Shown one piece after another: positions 38,572-50,982 of a stretch of 64,000 nt of DNA. The DNA comes from Macrostomum lignano (lineage: Eukaryota). Both the position numbers and the translations under genes were made by a program. The notes under the pieces are model-generated. The model did not search any database. It saw only the letters and a program-made list of their open reading frames with translations, and was not told the DNA's origin. How positions within the stretch are numbered: the stretch's first letter is position 1; each line of letters starts with the position of its first letter. The DNA is taken from NCBI GenBank assembly GCA_002269645.1, contig NIVC01000186.1:620001-684000 (forward strand). Reading direction: 5' to 3'.

Positions 38572-40195
38572 TCACTCGATCCGCTTTGCATAGAGCACAA
38601 TCTCTCGCAGCTCTTCCGGATCCAGGCCGGCAAACGGCCGCTCGCCATCAACAGGGTCATTGTACTCGACCAGCAGCACCGAGTTGAGCCTGTCAAAGCC
38701 GAGCCCTTCGAAGATTCGTCCAGTGTGCCGATGCGCAGCAACGACGTTTACAACTGGGACGCCACGAAGTTTGGCGAGTTCGAGCGAAAAATCAATGAGG
38801 CGTTTGGCGATACTTCGACTGCGCATCGCTTCTAGGACGACTAGGTACTTGAAATCGACGACTGTGTCAACATTGTAGTGGCTGTACAGATCCACAGGAG
38901 TTGTCAGATGGTCCAGAACTCGAGTCACGATGGCGTTCTTTGGATACCTGAAGTGAAGGTAGGCGACTTTGAAGCCATGGTTGATCAGAGATTGTGGGGG
39001 TAGAGTGCTCAGTGATTAATTCGTCTGACTCTCACGCCGCATCCCTTGGTTCGATTCCGTGCGCGGCCACGAAAGTTAGCCGGGGGCTGTCGTGCGATTC
39101 ACACCAATGAGGGCCAACTCCAAAGGCGTAGAAATTGTACATCCCTGACGACTAGAATATCAGGGACACTGTACACCGCGTCCATGAATGCGTGCCTGCA
39201 TGCCTACGCTTTTTTTGTGCTTAGGAGTCAGCGGAATGGGCAGAATTAATTGATTGTGGGATGATTTTGCTGAACGCGTTGCTCTAGAGTGCCCGCAATC
39301 CTCCTCTTATATATATATATAATGTAATATAATTAAGATGTATTAAGATATATTAATTAAATGTTAAATTGATATGCATATCAGGTATTGTTGTTGAAAG
39401 CTGCCAACCCACTAAGACCATAGCTACATGTACACTGCCGAATCCTAAAGGTAGAACTATATCGATTCGTATTCGTCCGAAATCTTCGCCATTTTTGTTG
39501 AGTGGTTCCTAATTTCGGTCACGTCAATAATGGTTGTGACATCCTTTTATGACGATAGACACTAGTACGCACTCGCTTTTTAATAGCTAGTTAAGAGGTT
39601 TGTTGTGTTTTGTTTGGAGCGGGAACACTTTTTGTGAAATTTCCTATTATCTTAATGAACGAATAGCTGAATATCTCGACGACCCTGAAGGCATTTGTCG
39701 TTTATTCTTTGTGGATAAAATGATGGTGAATTATAACTGAATTGCTTCATTTCGGTCAATGATGTCACGTGATTGCATTTACATGCAAACTAGCTTTCTG
39801 TGTGTTTATGAGAAATATCACGTAGTTTAGTGAACTGATACGATAATGAGCTCATTCAAAAGTGCACACCTCGCCGCAAGCTGCTGGTCCAGCACCAACG
39901 GATGCCGTTTTGCGCTCTGCCTCGGCACCAGACTGGAGACTCGAGCTCCGACCAGAGCTCCGCTACTCGGATCCTCCGTCACCACCGTCACTCCCTGACC
40001 CAGCAGACCGGGCGGTAGTGTCAGATCAATATTTAAATCCTCAGGGTTGACCCCGCCAATGTGCTTATTTAGCGGCGTCTTCGGAAAGAAATCCTGCAGC
40101 ATCAGCTTCCAGGTGGCGTCGCGATCGTCTGGTCGAGCGACTCGATAGCGGAGGCCATCGATGACGCGTTCAGATGGCACCGATTGGCTCTCCAT
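38572..40195 (-). CDS. GNAT acetyltransferase, aaNAT-like, copy 2 (233 aa, 2 exons)
   Basis: Exons 40195-39870 and 38947-38572, the same lengths as copy 1 (326+376 nt). Four amino-acid differences seen (H/Q, I/T, D/N, A/T) plus several synonymous changes. Confidence 0.8.
38996..39320 (+). mobile_element. tRNA-headed SINE (family B) in the intron of aaNAT-like copy 2
   Basis: A-box-like TGCTCAGTGATTA and B box GGTTCGATTCC; body blocks shared with 50243-50510; (AT)n tail. Confidence 0.65.
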
Positions 40196-41360
40196 GCTTC
40201 TGGTTTAGAAATTTAGTAAAGAATCTGGCCTTCAAAGATGTAGCTGTAGAGCCTCTGTTGTAGGAGCTGTCAGGTACAACGCTCTTTTTATCTGCTTTAT
40301 TTGTGTGTTTGTGCGTGATGCAGTACAGAGAATAAGAAAAGGAGAGAGATTTTCGGCTGCTCGGTTATCTGTTTGTTTGGTTCGACTCGAGCCGCACACA
40401 GACGTCTTTTGCGATTAGAATGGTCACTTTAATGAAAAGAGGGTGACGTTCATACCCCTTGACGTCTGCACGGAGTGTGCAGCGGCCCGCTCTTTGAACT
40501 GCTAGCCACCCCCGCCTAGAGGCCGGAATCAGGGTCGCGAACTGAGCGTGGGAGAGAAATGAATTAGGGATAGACTGAGACGGAGCGCGAGAATTCGAGA
40601 TTATGGAACGGAGCTGGATCTGAGGAGTGAGAGGAGAGAGACCTACCATACACTGTAGATCGGATCTAGGTTGGGGCTGGAGTAGATCAGTAGAAGATCG
40701 ATTATTTATCCAGCTATCTCTCTCTTTCTTTTGCAGAGTTTTAGCAACTTCCCAACGCACCTTGCTAATGCATGCGTTCCTGTTCTTATTACTATGGCAG
40801 TTGCAATTGCAATTACTCCGCAGTTGCCACTCTTCCCAACTCCTCCAATTGTCCTTTTTCCTCCAAATTCTAAGATGTACGGGAGACTCACATTCCGCAA
40901 CTGCTGTGAGCAGAATCATAAAATTTGTTGAGTGCATTCATTTTCAAATAACTGCACGTTTTGTGCTGAGGAGGGTACGTGGTTAGAGATTAGAATGGGG
41001 TGACTTTGAACTTAAGCAGTGTTTCTCGAGACATTTAACCATAGAAATTCTGCTCAGCTCCAACACGTACCAGCCTATCCCTTAACATGGAGCCCGCAAA
41101 TTTCTATATTGTTACCCGGAATTTTCTTGCATGACCAAGCTAATGACAATCAAATTATTATAGGTCTTTGCCAGTAGTCAATATCTTTTTTTTCGGGCGA
41201 CTGCGTGCAGCCCTTAAAATTCGATAATGACTACTGCAAAGTTCTATAATGGTATATTGTCGTTATATAGTACTTTGTAATTTGTATATCATTTTGCACT
41301 CTAGCTTAGACTGCGAGCTTTTCATTTCGGAATTGAGTATTTGCCCATCAAGGCAGTGAC

Positions 41361-41406
41361 TGCTGCATCAAGGACTTCTAGACGTCTAGAAGTCCTTGTG
41401 CTGCAT
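41361..41406. other. 30-bp perfect palindrome flanked by 8-bp direct repeats (candidate transposon excision footprint)
   Basis: TGCTGCAT | CAAGGACTTCTAGACGTCTAGAAGTCCTTG | TGCTGCAT. Confidence 0.75.
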
Positions 41407-44400
41407 GTCCATGGCTTGACTGAAATAAAACAGTTCGGGCTTTTAATTCTCACAGCTGGCACCAATTTTGGCATATAGAACTTAAGTCTATGTTCAATCA
41501 TTGTTTCCGCCTTCAAAACAGAAGTTTTCCGTGGCAGAAAACTTCTTTGCCAAATATTGTGCCCGCTGTCAGAATTACGGGTCCCATGAACCTGTTAAAT
41601 TTCAACTCGCGACTTGCATGTCCATAGCCAGTTCGAAACGATGCGAGTTCAATACGTCCCTTGTAATTATTTTATTTACTTCAAACCATGCCAAAGTAAA
41701 TTTCGAAACTCGAACCTCTTTAACTCGAAATCGGTTGCGAAAAAAGGTAGATAGAATATTGTTTCGATTGAGCTACTTTGTTAAAATATACCAACGCTTT
41801 TTTGAATCCTGGGTTGTCAAAATTGATTTCTATGTTAAATTATTTCATGCTAACCAACTGCTATGCCTAGACCTGCGCCTGTAGTATCAAATATTCTATT
41901 TATGTACACCAATGTGCATCATCTATATGCAAATAACACAGATATAGGCCTATGCCCGATGCACCTACCAACGCTAGTGCGGCTAGTTGAACTTTCTTCG
42001 TGTACGCCAGTATGCCTATGTTGAATGTTGCCAACCTAACCTCTAGCTAGCTTTTTTCCCAGTGTTTCCAAAAGGGGCTACAAAATTCGTGTGTAATGCA
42101 CATATCCTATGAACTATAGTGCTAAAATAGTATTAGGTCTATATGGCCTATAAGCTGTAGGATTATTGTCTATAGCTTTGGACGTTTTGTATCCAATCCA
42201 AATTCCAATGTATGCTTGGACTTATTTTTGAACAATTTTTAGTAATTTAGAGCTTTTGCCTTTTATTTTATACCAGGCCTAATACAAAACTTCAAAATTC
42301 ATTGTTACTATGCCCTATTATTTTTTACAAACTTAATATTTAAATTTTAGAATTGATATAAGCCTATTATTAGACATAATCTATATTTAATAGACAGTCT
42401 AAAGTCAGGAAGGTGTCCAGTATATGCCAGAATGATGAATGAGAATTTTTTCTGTGCATGCCAATTTATACCAAAGTTCAGAACCCCAAAATAATTATGC
42501 GCAGGCTGCATGCCAAAGTTGAGAAAGTATTTCAAGATTCAAACTTAGTAGTAGTAGTAGTGGAGTACTAAGTTTGGCTTAGGCAAAAAGCCTGTTTGGC
42601 CAGTATAATTCAATGTATTTAATAGTAATTCAACAGGAAGCCAGGAGGGTACATTTAGTATAAGTAAGGCCTACAAGTTTTGAAAAAAATATTGTATTTG
42701 AAAGAGCAACTAAAAATTTCTACAAATCTTTTGAACAAACTTTAATGGCTAATGAAGTGAAAAAGTATGTAAATAAAGAATTATAAAACAAGTACTGTAC
42801 AAACTTGATGGAGAGCAATTCATCTAATAGGTAATTAAAATAAGTATATAGGTATTAATCAGTCAATATCAAATAATATAGGCCCTATTGGGCATTTAAG
42901 AATGAAATATATTTTAAAAAGGAAATAACCAAAAATATTGCATTTAAAACAAAGATTTAGATAGGCATAAATTGTTAGAAATTAAAGTATTTATAATATA
43001 CAAATAGACACATAATGGAATGCAATAGCAATTGCTTTGGTATTTATATATATAAATGGGCAGGAATATATAGAAAGGAGATGTAACAAAAGGGAATAAC
43101 ATGAAAGCTTCAAGAGGTCCAGCGCAATGGATTCGATTGGTCTTAGATAGGTAGTAACAGCATAATACACATGGCCATGGGGTTTGTCTAAGTTTTCATG
43201 TTGGTTGTAATAGAAGATTATTTTTGAGTTTATAAATCTTCTTTTTTCAAGATTCAAACTTTGTGAACTCATTCATATATTTAAAAAGGAAAAAAATATT
43301 ATAACAAAACAATTCTAATAATAGTATTTTTTATGAAATTGCTATACTATATAAAACGTGCCTATTTTAGTTTATTTTAAACTTTCTAATATCAATAAAT
43401 AAAAAAATGTTTACATGTTTGAACATAAGTTAAATAATGTTATATGTATATGTAGACTGTAGCTGGGAATTTGTATTTCCAAAAATTGTTTTGTATGCCA
43501 AATACAAATTATAATTTTGTTTTATACACAGTATGCCAAATGCAATTTTTTTAATATTCAAGCATGCCAACCATGCATGCCAAATGATCTATGAAGGGCT
43601 AATGCATGCTAGAATTTTCAAGTAAAAATGCCACATTCCTGACTATAGGAAATATATAGGAATTAATTATAAAATAATATAGAATACATATATAGACCTA
43701 GCTTAGTGTTTTTTTGACTTCTAAATTTTTGGGCAATTGTCAAGTTTTATTTGTTAAGTTATTTTGATTATGAAATTAATCTATGAACCATTTAAGTAAG
43801 AATAACTATTTTTAAAAGACAAAGCCTGGGTAAGCACTACTTCTGCACCCTGGATCATATAATATTCAGGCTTGCATTGGCCTTGCATTCCAAAAGTTAG
43901 ATATGCACAGTTGGCATACATGATTCCTAAGAAAATAGTATGTGCACACTTGATATGTATTTCATAGAATCACATGGAAGAGTTAGTGTTAAGTGGAAAA
44001 ATATTGAAAAGTTTTTTAAGCATAAATTTCAAGCTTTCTAGTTTTTGAGCTCATAATAAGGCATTTAAACAAATGTTTGTTTATGTTGATTTTCTATTTA
44101 AGATACTATAGTCAAGAAAGATAAATAAACAACCAAATTATCTACCAAGAAGGATTCTTTATGCAACACAAAAAGGTCATTTACTATTACAATGCAAAAA
44201 ATCATTTATTGTCGCAGTGCACACAGGCATAGATTTAAGAGTGTGGGCATACACTAAATTTTTTTGGTGTGCATTTGTAACTTCAATTTTCATTTGGGCA
44301 TGCACCAAGCATGATCTGGACTATGGCACTACTTTATATTTTAAAATGTGTTCCATTATATCTGATGTTAGAAAGCTGCAGTAGTCTGTGGCCAAAACAT

Positions 44401-44515
44401 TTAAATGTTTTTCAACTTGTATTAGTGCCCATACCATATACAATGATGATATGATACTATGTGATATATGTTTTCCAAATGTCTATGGTCTAGTCCAAAT
44501 ATCTATAGTCTAGAC

Positions 44516-44987
44516 CAAGAGTTGGCAAACTTTTTTAACCTCATGGGCCAGATAGAGAACATAGAGCATGATTGCAAGCCAGAGGAGGGGAGAGAAGAGA
44601 AGGAACAGAAATAAGATAAGGAGAGTCAAGAGAATTAAGAAGGGAAGGGAGAGGAGAGGGGAGAAAGCAATGAAGGGAGAGAAGAAGAAAGGGAAAAGAA
44701 GTGAGGAGAAGGGAGAAAAAGAAACAGAAAAAGAAAAGAGGAAAGGGCAGAGGAGAAAAAAGAAGAGAGAAAAGAGAGGATAAAGGAGAGAAGAAAAGAG
44801 GAGAAAGGAGAGGAGAGAAAAGAAAAGAGGACAAAGGATATCAGAGAGAAAGGAGCTGAGAAGATAAGAGGCCAAAAACCTTAAATAGGCTGGATTGCTA
44901 TTATGAAGGTTTTAAAGGACCCAAGGGCCAGATAGAAAGACTTTGCAGGCTGAATTTGGCCCGTGGGCTGGAGTTTGCCAACCTCTA
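44516..44987. mobile_element. hAT (Charlie/MER5-like) MITE with internal GA-rich expansion
   Basis: 8-bp TSD GTCTAGAC at 44508-44515 and 44988-44995. Imperfect TIRs CAAGAGTTGGCAAAC / GTTTGCCAACCTCTA. GGCCCGTGGGC subterminal motif. Confidence 0.75.
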
Positions 44988-45657
44988 GTCTAGACCATAG
45001 ATACTAAATACCCTAGATAGTTCACTCAGCAATATCTTAAGTGTCAGTTTGATTTGCTACTCTCTGTCTAGTGCCATAAGTGCATATTTGCTCTATTTTT
45101 TTTTGTTGAGAAAATGATAGGCTAGCTGCCCATATCACACGCATACTTTGCAGCTTTTAATTCTTTTATCTATGGCCAAGCTTGGCAGTAGATCAAAATT
45201 CTCAAGCATAAAACCCACTGTTAAAATCTGCCCCCACCCCAAAAAAGCATTGAGTTTTAGTCATAGACAGCTAAAGAAATAGATTGACTTTGTATTTAGC
45301 TAGCGGGACAAGATACAGAGTTTAAATAAAAGAGACAGGATGGAGAAAGGATAGATTTTATACTTTGCGCTTTGAGGCTTGCCAGCAAACAGAGCAAGAC
45401 TAACACAACACTAGCAATACCACAGAATACAGAATGCCCAATCAGCCCTCTCGTAGAAAAATCTGCTGCAAAAAGTTTTTGCAAATTTAGCTACTTGAAG
45501 AAAGTGAAGAAAGGTGAAGAAAGATAGCATTCACTTATTATACTTACGCATATGCGGCTTAGAGGGGTTGTGCCATAGACGACTGAGACTGCGTTATCAC
45601 ATGAATAAGACAGTGATTAGCAGCAACAAAGGCACCAACAAAGACAACTGTAACATT

Positions 45658-46640
45658 ATGACAGTATCAAGAAGGCAATGCGCTGCATATGGCTGCTAGA
45701 ACTATGCAAAAAATGTCCTGCACAAACGAGATTTCATCGATTCCCAGCAAACCGTGAAAGGTATATTCATGTAAATGTGTGACTTGCCTGCTATTGCTGC
45801 ACAGTCATTCACTGAAACCTAACAACTGTAGGTGTGAGGATTGGGCTTGTTGCATCCTCCGAGCAGAACTCTTGGGCAAGAAGAACAAAGCGAGATAGAA
45901 GAATGCTATTGTGTGCACCCACCATTTTCCCGAAAGCATGTACATGTGTCCTGACTCCTGACCAGAGACATGAGCCTGGCATCAGACTGATGCCCACAGC
46001 TTACCCGACACTCCAGCTGTACAAAGAAACAGCAGAACCTTACCGACGCTCCCGTCCGAGAGTAAGAGTGTCTCAACTTGCGAAGGAGAGGAAGCCGAGA
46101 GAAGGTTGCACTGAGGACGATATGTAGTGTTTTGATGGGGAACCAGTCATCTCAGCTGCAGATTCAGCAAAATTGAGAGGACGAAATATCAAGCTGTTCA
46201 AGCTTTTCAAGACTCAATGCCACTGTGAGGACTGTCGCTGCGACCTCACTTCAGCCTCTGTGGAAAGCAAGGCTTTTATTTATCTGAAAAGCTACGAAGA
46301 AGGCAGCCTAGTAGTGCCCAGTGATGCAGTGGTGGCGGCTGTTGCAGAAATAAAAGCGAGCTTTCTGGCAGTGCCGTCAGATAAATTCCACAAGCCGCAT
46401 GTTGGCGCCAGTGTTAGAGCTTTGTTTCTCAGTTCAGCTCGAAGTCTCATACGAACTCATTCTGAAGAGTACAGCGAATGCTGTACTATTGGTTTAGCAA
46501 TGCTGTACACCAATCTGAGGCTCCACCATTGGTGCAACAGTTGGCAAATTCTGGCGCTGAAGAGGAAAAGCAGAAAAGGGACTGCACTTGTACGAGTGCA
46601 GAGAAAGCTGAGGCAACTGAACACTGATTTAGGAATATAA
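45658..46640 (+). mobile_element. Decayed THAP-domain / P-element (THAP9)-like remnant
   Basis: THAP motifs with stops and frameshifts (CAAYGC, RFHRFP, RCEDW, VCTHHF, LMPTAYPTL), followed by a transposase C-terminal-like segment (CEDC..FIYLKSY..GSLVVPS..LRLHHWC). Confidence 0.65.
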
Positions 46641-47749
46641 TTGATTGGGAAAAGCATATATGTAATTTGAACTGGATCAGCGAATACATGTTGGAGTAAA
46701 TTGGTGAATTGTTAATAATAATAAATAAATTATGCTTCAAATATGTTATTTGTTTCAAATAAATGATTAGTGGCAACACCTATGGTTTTATTCCAATTTG
46801 GGCACTGCCAAACCCGCTAATTTTAAATTTTGAAGCAATATCTAAGTTTATAGAATCATACACAGTCTACATATATACATTATATATATACAGACATTGA
46901 ATTTTTATAACTACTGCTCCGCTTCACCACAAAAGTAGTTTGTTTGCATATTAATTTCCAAACATCACGCGACAGCCGATCGGGCATTCTGTCTATATTC
47001 TGTGAGCAATACTTTGTGCAATCACCACATTGGCATAGAATTCAGCTCAAAGCGCTGCTGTGCAGCCACCTGCACCATACAGTGCAATCTCTTACAGACA
47101 AAAGAGTGACTGTGCGAATGCACAGGTTTCTAGCAGACGACGGAGCGAATTGATGGCGGCAGATGCTGGAATTGACTTGGACATCGGAGCCATTTGCAAA
47201 GATACGACACTTTTGCAGTGGAATACCATTCCAGACAGGGAGCTGAATCTACTCCGCCTCATTGCACAACCTGACACATTTGGTTGTTTGCAATGACGAA
47301 GAGGCTGACAACCTGAACTGCAGCCATTCATGATTCAACAGCACTGATTGTGAGCCGCCACAGGCTGGAAAGCAGAAGGCAATGCAAATAGCCAACAGCT
47401 CCACCAACCAAGGTCATGCTGAACAATGAAGCAATAACAGAATTGCTCAGCTACACAGCACAATGGTTTTAATGACAGACCAGAGCTCAGCTCCTTCGTT
47501 GGTGCCCTGCTGTCCATGGCTGCCAGCAGCCTAGCCCAGCCTGACTCGACATCCCGCAACTGCAAAGATGACAACTGCAATGCTGCTATCATAGTAGCCT
47601 GTGCCCCCACCAGTGCCAGAGACTGCGTGACTACCAAAGCGGGTCCACCAAATTCAAGTAGTGTTGTACAAGTACACCAGGCACCACAGCAGCAGCTGGC
47701 TCCAAGAAAAGCTGGACTCCTTGCAGGCTGTTAGCAATGCCTCACTGAA

Positions 47750-48410
47750 AGCTGTTGAGTACATTGGCAGGTATGTGCTAAAGTGAAGCCAAGTTCTTCA
47801 CTGTCAGCTGTGTAACTCTGCTTATAACATCCGCACCTGTGGGCATTCACATCCAGCACAAGACCTACTCGCATGCATCATGTGGGTTAATTGAACCATC
47901 GCCAGTGGTACCTACTTGTTGCATTTATGAAGATGGAGGCCGCATTCGCAGCTCTGACACCAGCTTCATAATCCAGCCACATGTGGCAGCTCGGTTTGTG
48001 GAACACCTCCAGGCACAATTAGTAGCACTACCTGCCTGCAAACAGCATCACACGTGGGTGTATAATCAAGTTTTTAAAACTTTTGCTCACCTACACAGTG
48101 GCGCAACCAGGGGGAGGGGCGGGGGGGGGGCCCCCCCCCTTAGGCGGGGGACCGAAAAAAAATCAAAGGGGGGACCAAGCGAATTTTCGCCAAAAACAGA
48201 GCCACCCCTCCGCCCCCCCCCCCTCCCGGGACTTTACCCTCAGAATCTGCCCCCCCCCCTTGGAAAATTTCTGGTTGCGCTACTGCACCTACAGGTGCAC
48301 CATTGGTGCTGTTGGAAAATGAAGAATTATATGGGTGCAGTGGCTCAGAAAAAAAGCCACTTCAGAAAATCAATTTCAGAAAAACAGGATGTCAATTTGG
48401 CATAGGGGGT
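47750..48410 (+). mobile_element. Second decayed P-element-like transposase C-terminus, interrupted by a MITE
   Basis: YIGRYVLK..CQLC, KTY..CGLIEPS, CKQHH; removing the MITE and one TSD copy gives FAHLQVHHWC. Confidence 0.6.
48096..48285. mobile_element. hAT-type MITE (190 bp)
   Basis: TIRs CAGTGGCGCAACCAG / CTGGTTGCGCTACTG (14/15 match). Exact 8-bp TSD CACCTACA at 48088-48095 and 48286-48293. G/C homopolymer-rich interior. Confidence 0.9.
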
Positions 48411-49687
48411 CCAAATCCATGATACAGTAATGAAAGTCAGGATGCCATAGCATAGCACCCGTATACCAAAAAACCTAGGTATAAAGTAAGTAAGTTTGAA
48501 TGAATAAATTAAGCTTAAAATCAATGTAAATTGACTGCAAAAAACCACTGCAGTTCAACCTAGGTTGAATGGTAAGTAGTATATGAGTATAAAGGGAGCA
48601 TAAGAAAATTTATATCTAGAAGAGCTTAGTCCTTTGCCTATGCCATGCCCTAATAGCTTTATACCCTGTTAATTTTGATTGATTTAGCAATATCAAGACT
48701 TTGGTATTATAATAATCTTTTTATTATTGCAAAGTGCAACAATTTTTCTTGAAAACAAGTTGCTATTGTTGGTATCAGTAAGATTATTTTTGCCTATTAA
48801 TAATTAATAATGATATAATAAAACAATATTAATATTATTGCTGACTGTCAATGTTAATAATTAGGCCAACTAAAGCAGAAAAATCGTATGAGTTATGACC
48901 TTACTTATGCTAAATGTGCCTGTCAACAATTTATGCATATGAAATCGGTAACCATTTCAGTTTAGGTTTTGAGCACACAAAAATACAATTTAACAAAGAC
49001 TAATCTCGTGCAAGATCCAAATGCTTTTAGTTGCTACAGTTATTCTGGCCAGCTGTTTCCTAACAGCTAAGCTTTGGAAACGCCTGGCCAAGTATGTCAT
49101 GGACCTGTTCACTATGCGCAATATTATTGGCCCAGCTCAACTGCCATTGGTTGGCAATGCGCACCAATTTGAATACGGGGGCGCCGCTTTCTATCGGCAA
49201 ATCATGGAGCTTGGGCGGCAGTATCAAGACCATCCAATGTTCCGCATCTGGGTTGGCATCTATCCTATTGTTGTACTGCAGAAAGCGAAGTCTGTTGAAA
49301 GTATTCTATCTAGCAGTAAGCATATTACTAAGGCGTTTCAATATGACTTTCTGCACACCTGGCTTGGTACCGGTTTGCTAACCAGCGCAGGAGAGAAATG
49401 GCACTCCCGTAGGAAGATGCTGACGCCAGCTTTTCATTTTAGTATCCTACAGGATTTCTGTCCAGTGTTTAGCGAGCAGTCTCGAGTGCTGCTGCAGGTG
49501 CTGGATGATCAGCTGGATGCTGACGGTCAGGCTGAGCTGGATATCTTTCCCTATATGGGACGCTGCGCTCTGGATATTATCTGCGAGACTGCCATGGGCT
49601 GTCAGGTACTATTGATAGATACTGATAATATATTATCATATTATAGATGATAAATAGATAGATAAGATTCCTACAGATAGATAGAAA

Positions 49688-49992
49688 GGGGGTTGTAGCC
49701 TAGTGGTTAGAGTGTCGGACTCGCAACTTGAAGGTCGGGGGTTCGATTCTCGACCCACTCGGAACAATTTGTATCCTTGAGCAAGACACTTAACTCTGCA
49801 TTGCTTCAGTTCACCCAGCTGTAAAATGGATGCCAGCATTAGCTGGGGTAATTGAGGCTGTGTGGCGACCAACCAGTACTTGGACTGAACAGCCGTACGC
49901 AGCCTTCAGATGCGCCGCGCAATAGCTGCGGCTGAGCTGTCGGTTGCACATCTTCCCATTGGGGGCAGGTGTAGTCAATTATTATTATTAAT
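49688..49992 (+). mobile_element. tRNA-derived CORE-like SINE in CYP4 intron 1
   Basis: A box TAGCCTAGTGG and B box GGTTCGATTC. Body TCCTTGAGCAAGACACTTAAC..CAGTT..CTGTAAAATGG resembles the MIR CORE domain. (ATT)n tail. Confidence 0.7.
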
Positions 49993-50242
49993 ATCTAGAT
50001 AGAGCTTTGAAGTGGTGGAAGAATGACTATTTAATCAATCGCTTGATTATCCAGCATGTTTGAATCTGGAGAGCTAAGTATTTCAGGGATCTAGTAATGG
50101 GATGTGTTCGATTGTTTTGTAAAAATGTAATGCAAAGAGAGGTCTTTGGATAGGTTGAAACCGTTTAAGAACCATATGGATATTTAGAGTGACGTAGATA
50201 TCAGTAGCTTTATAAAGGCTTGTACACGAAAATTTGTCGTTG

Positions 50243-50510
50243 GGGAGTTGTCGTGCGATTCACAGTCCTAGGAGCCAGCCTCAAGCCAGCTCCCCCTCCC
50301 CTCAAGACAAGGCACATATAGAGAGTGTACATGCCTGACGATTAGAAAGTCGGGGCCGCTGTACACCCTGTGTGAGCGTGTGCCTGCGTACAGCATTGGC
50401 GCGCTTGTATTGTGCTCAGGAGTCAGCGGAATGGGCAGAATCGCTTTAGAGTTGGTAATGGCAAGGAGACAATGTCTCCGAAGGCGTTGCTCCAGAGTGC
50501 CCGCAACCCT
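50243..50510 (+). mobile_element. 5'-truncated SINE family B copy in CYP4 intron 1
   Basis: Shares TGTCGTGCGATTCACA, CCTGACGA, AGGAGTCAGCGGAATGGGCAGAAT (24-nt identity) and GCGTTGCTC.AGAGTGCCCGCAA with 38996-39320. Confidence 0.65.
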
Positions 50511-50982
50511 ACTGTAAATATTTAGTTTTTGTCTGCAGTAATCAACTTTTACATATCTATATATGTAGGTAAAGTAAGTCTCTAGATGTATCTATAGGTA
50601 TTCAGAGTGAAAAATGGGTAGGATTTTCTTGGAATCAGTAGATCTGGCACTAGAGTAGAATAAATATAATACTAGCTACTTAGTAAGTAGTATTAGCAGC
50701 AGTTTATTACAATAGCTCCGATCCGTCCGTTTCCCCAGGTTCACGCCCAAACTGAGCAGAACAGCGAGTACGTCACCTCCGTAGCCAACATGTCCGAGAT
50801 TGTGATGCGCCGTTTGAAAAATCCCCTATACTATTCGGAGTCGCTATTCGCTCGCAGCCGCTTGTCCGCCGAGCAGAATGCCTGTCTGGGCGTTATGCAC
50901 GCCTTCACCACCGGCGTCATTGCCGAGCGTCGGGCCGACTTTGCCGCGATGTCAGAGGAGGAGCGTCGCGATCAGATGGCGA

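Noticed and set aside
30288-38835. Plus-strand ORFs ending ...DTSTAHRF
   Set aside because: Antisense shadows of aaNAT-like exon 2 extended by the 17-bp array.
39130-39180. CTGACGA as a hammerhead ribozyme core in SINE family B
   Set aside because: No correctly placed stem II-GAAA-stem III-UH in any of the three copies, and CTGA is itself paired in the hairpin.
32115-40937. Minus-strand ORFs 32115-32519 and 40365-40937 sharing a C-terminal 58 aa
   Set aside because: The shared part is simply the duplicated upstream region of the aaNAT-like genes; no recognisable domain, and the remainder diverges with indels.
41900-44500. AT-rich block resembling 400-2400 (TAGGCCT, GCATGCCA motifs) as a large repeat
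   Set aside because: Only short shared words; no alignable segment or termini could be established by eye.
49688-49760. tRNA gene
   Set aside because: A/B boxes are present but there is no clean acceptor stem, and it runs into a CORE-like body, so it is a SINE head. The same applies to 38996-39070.
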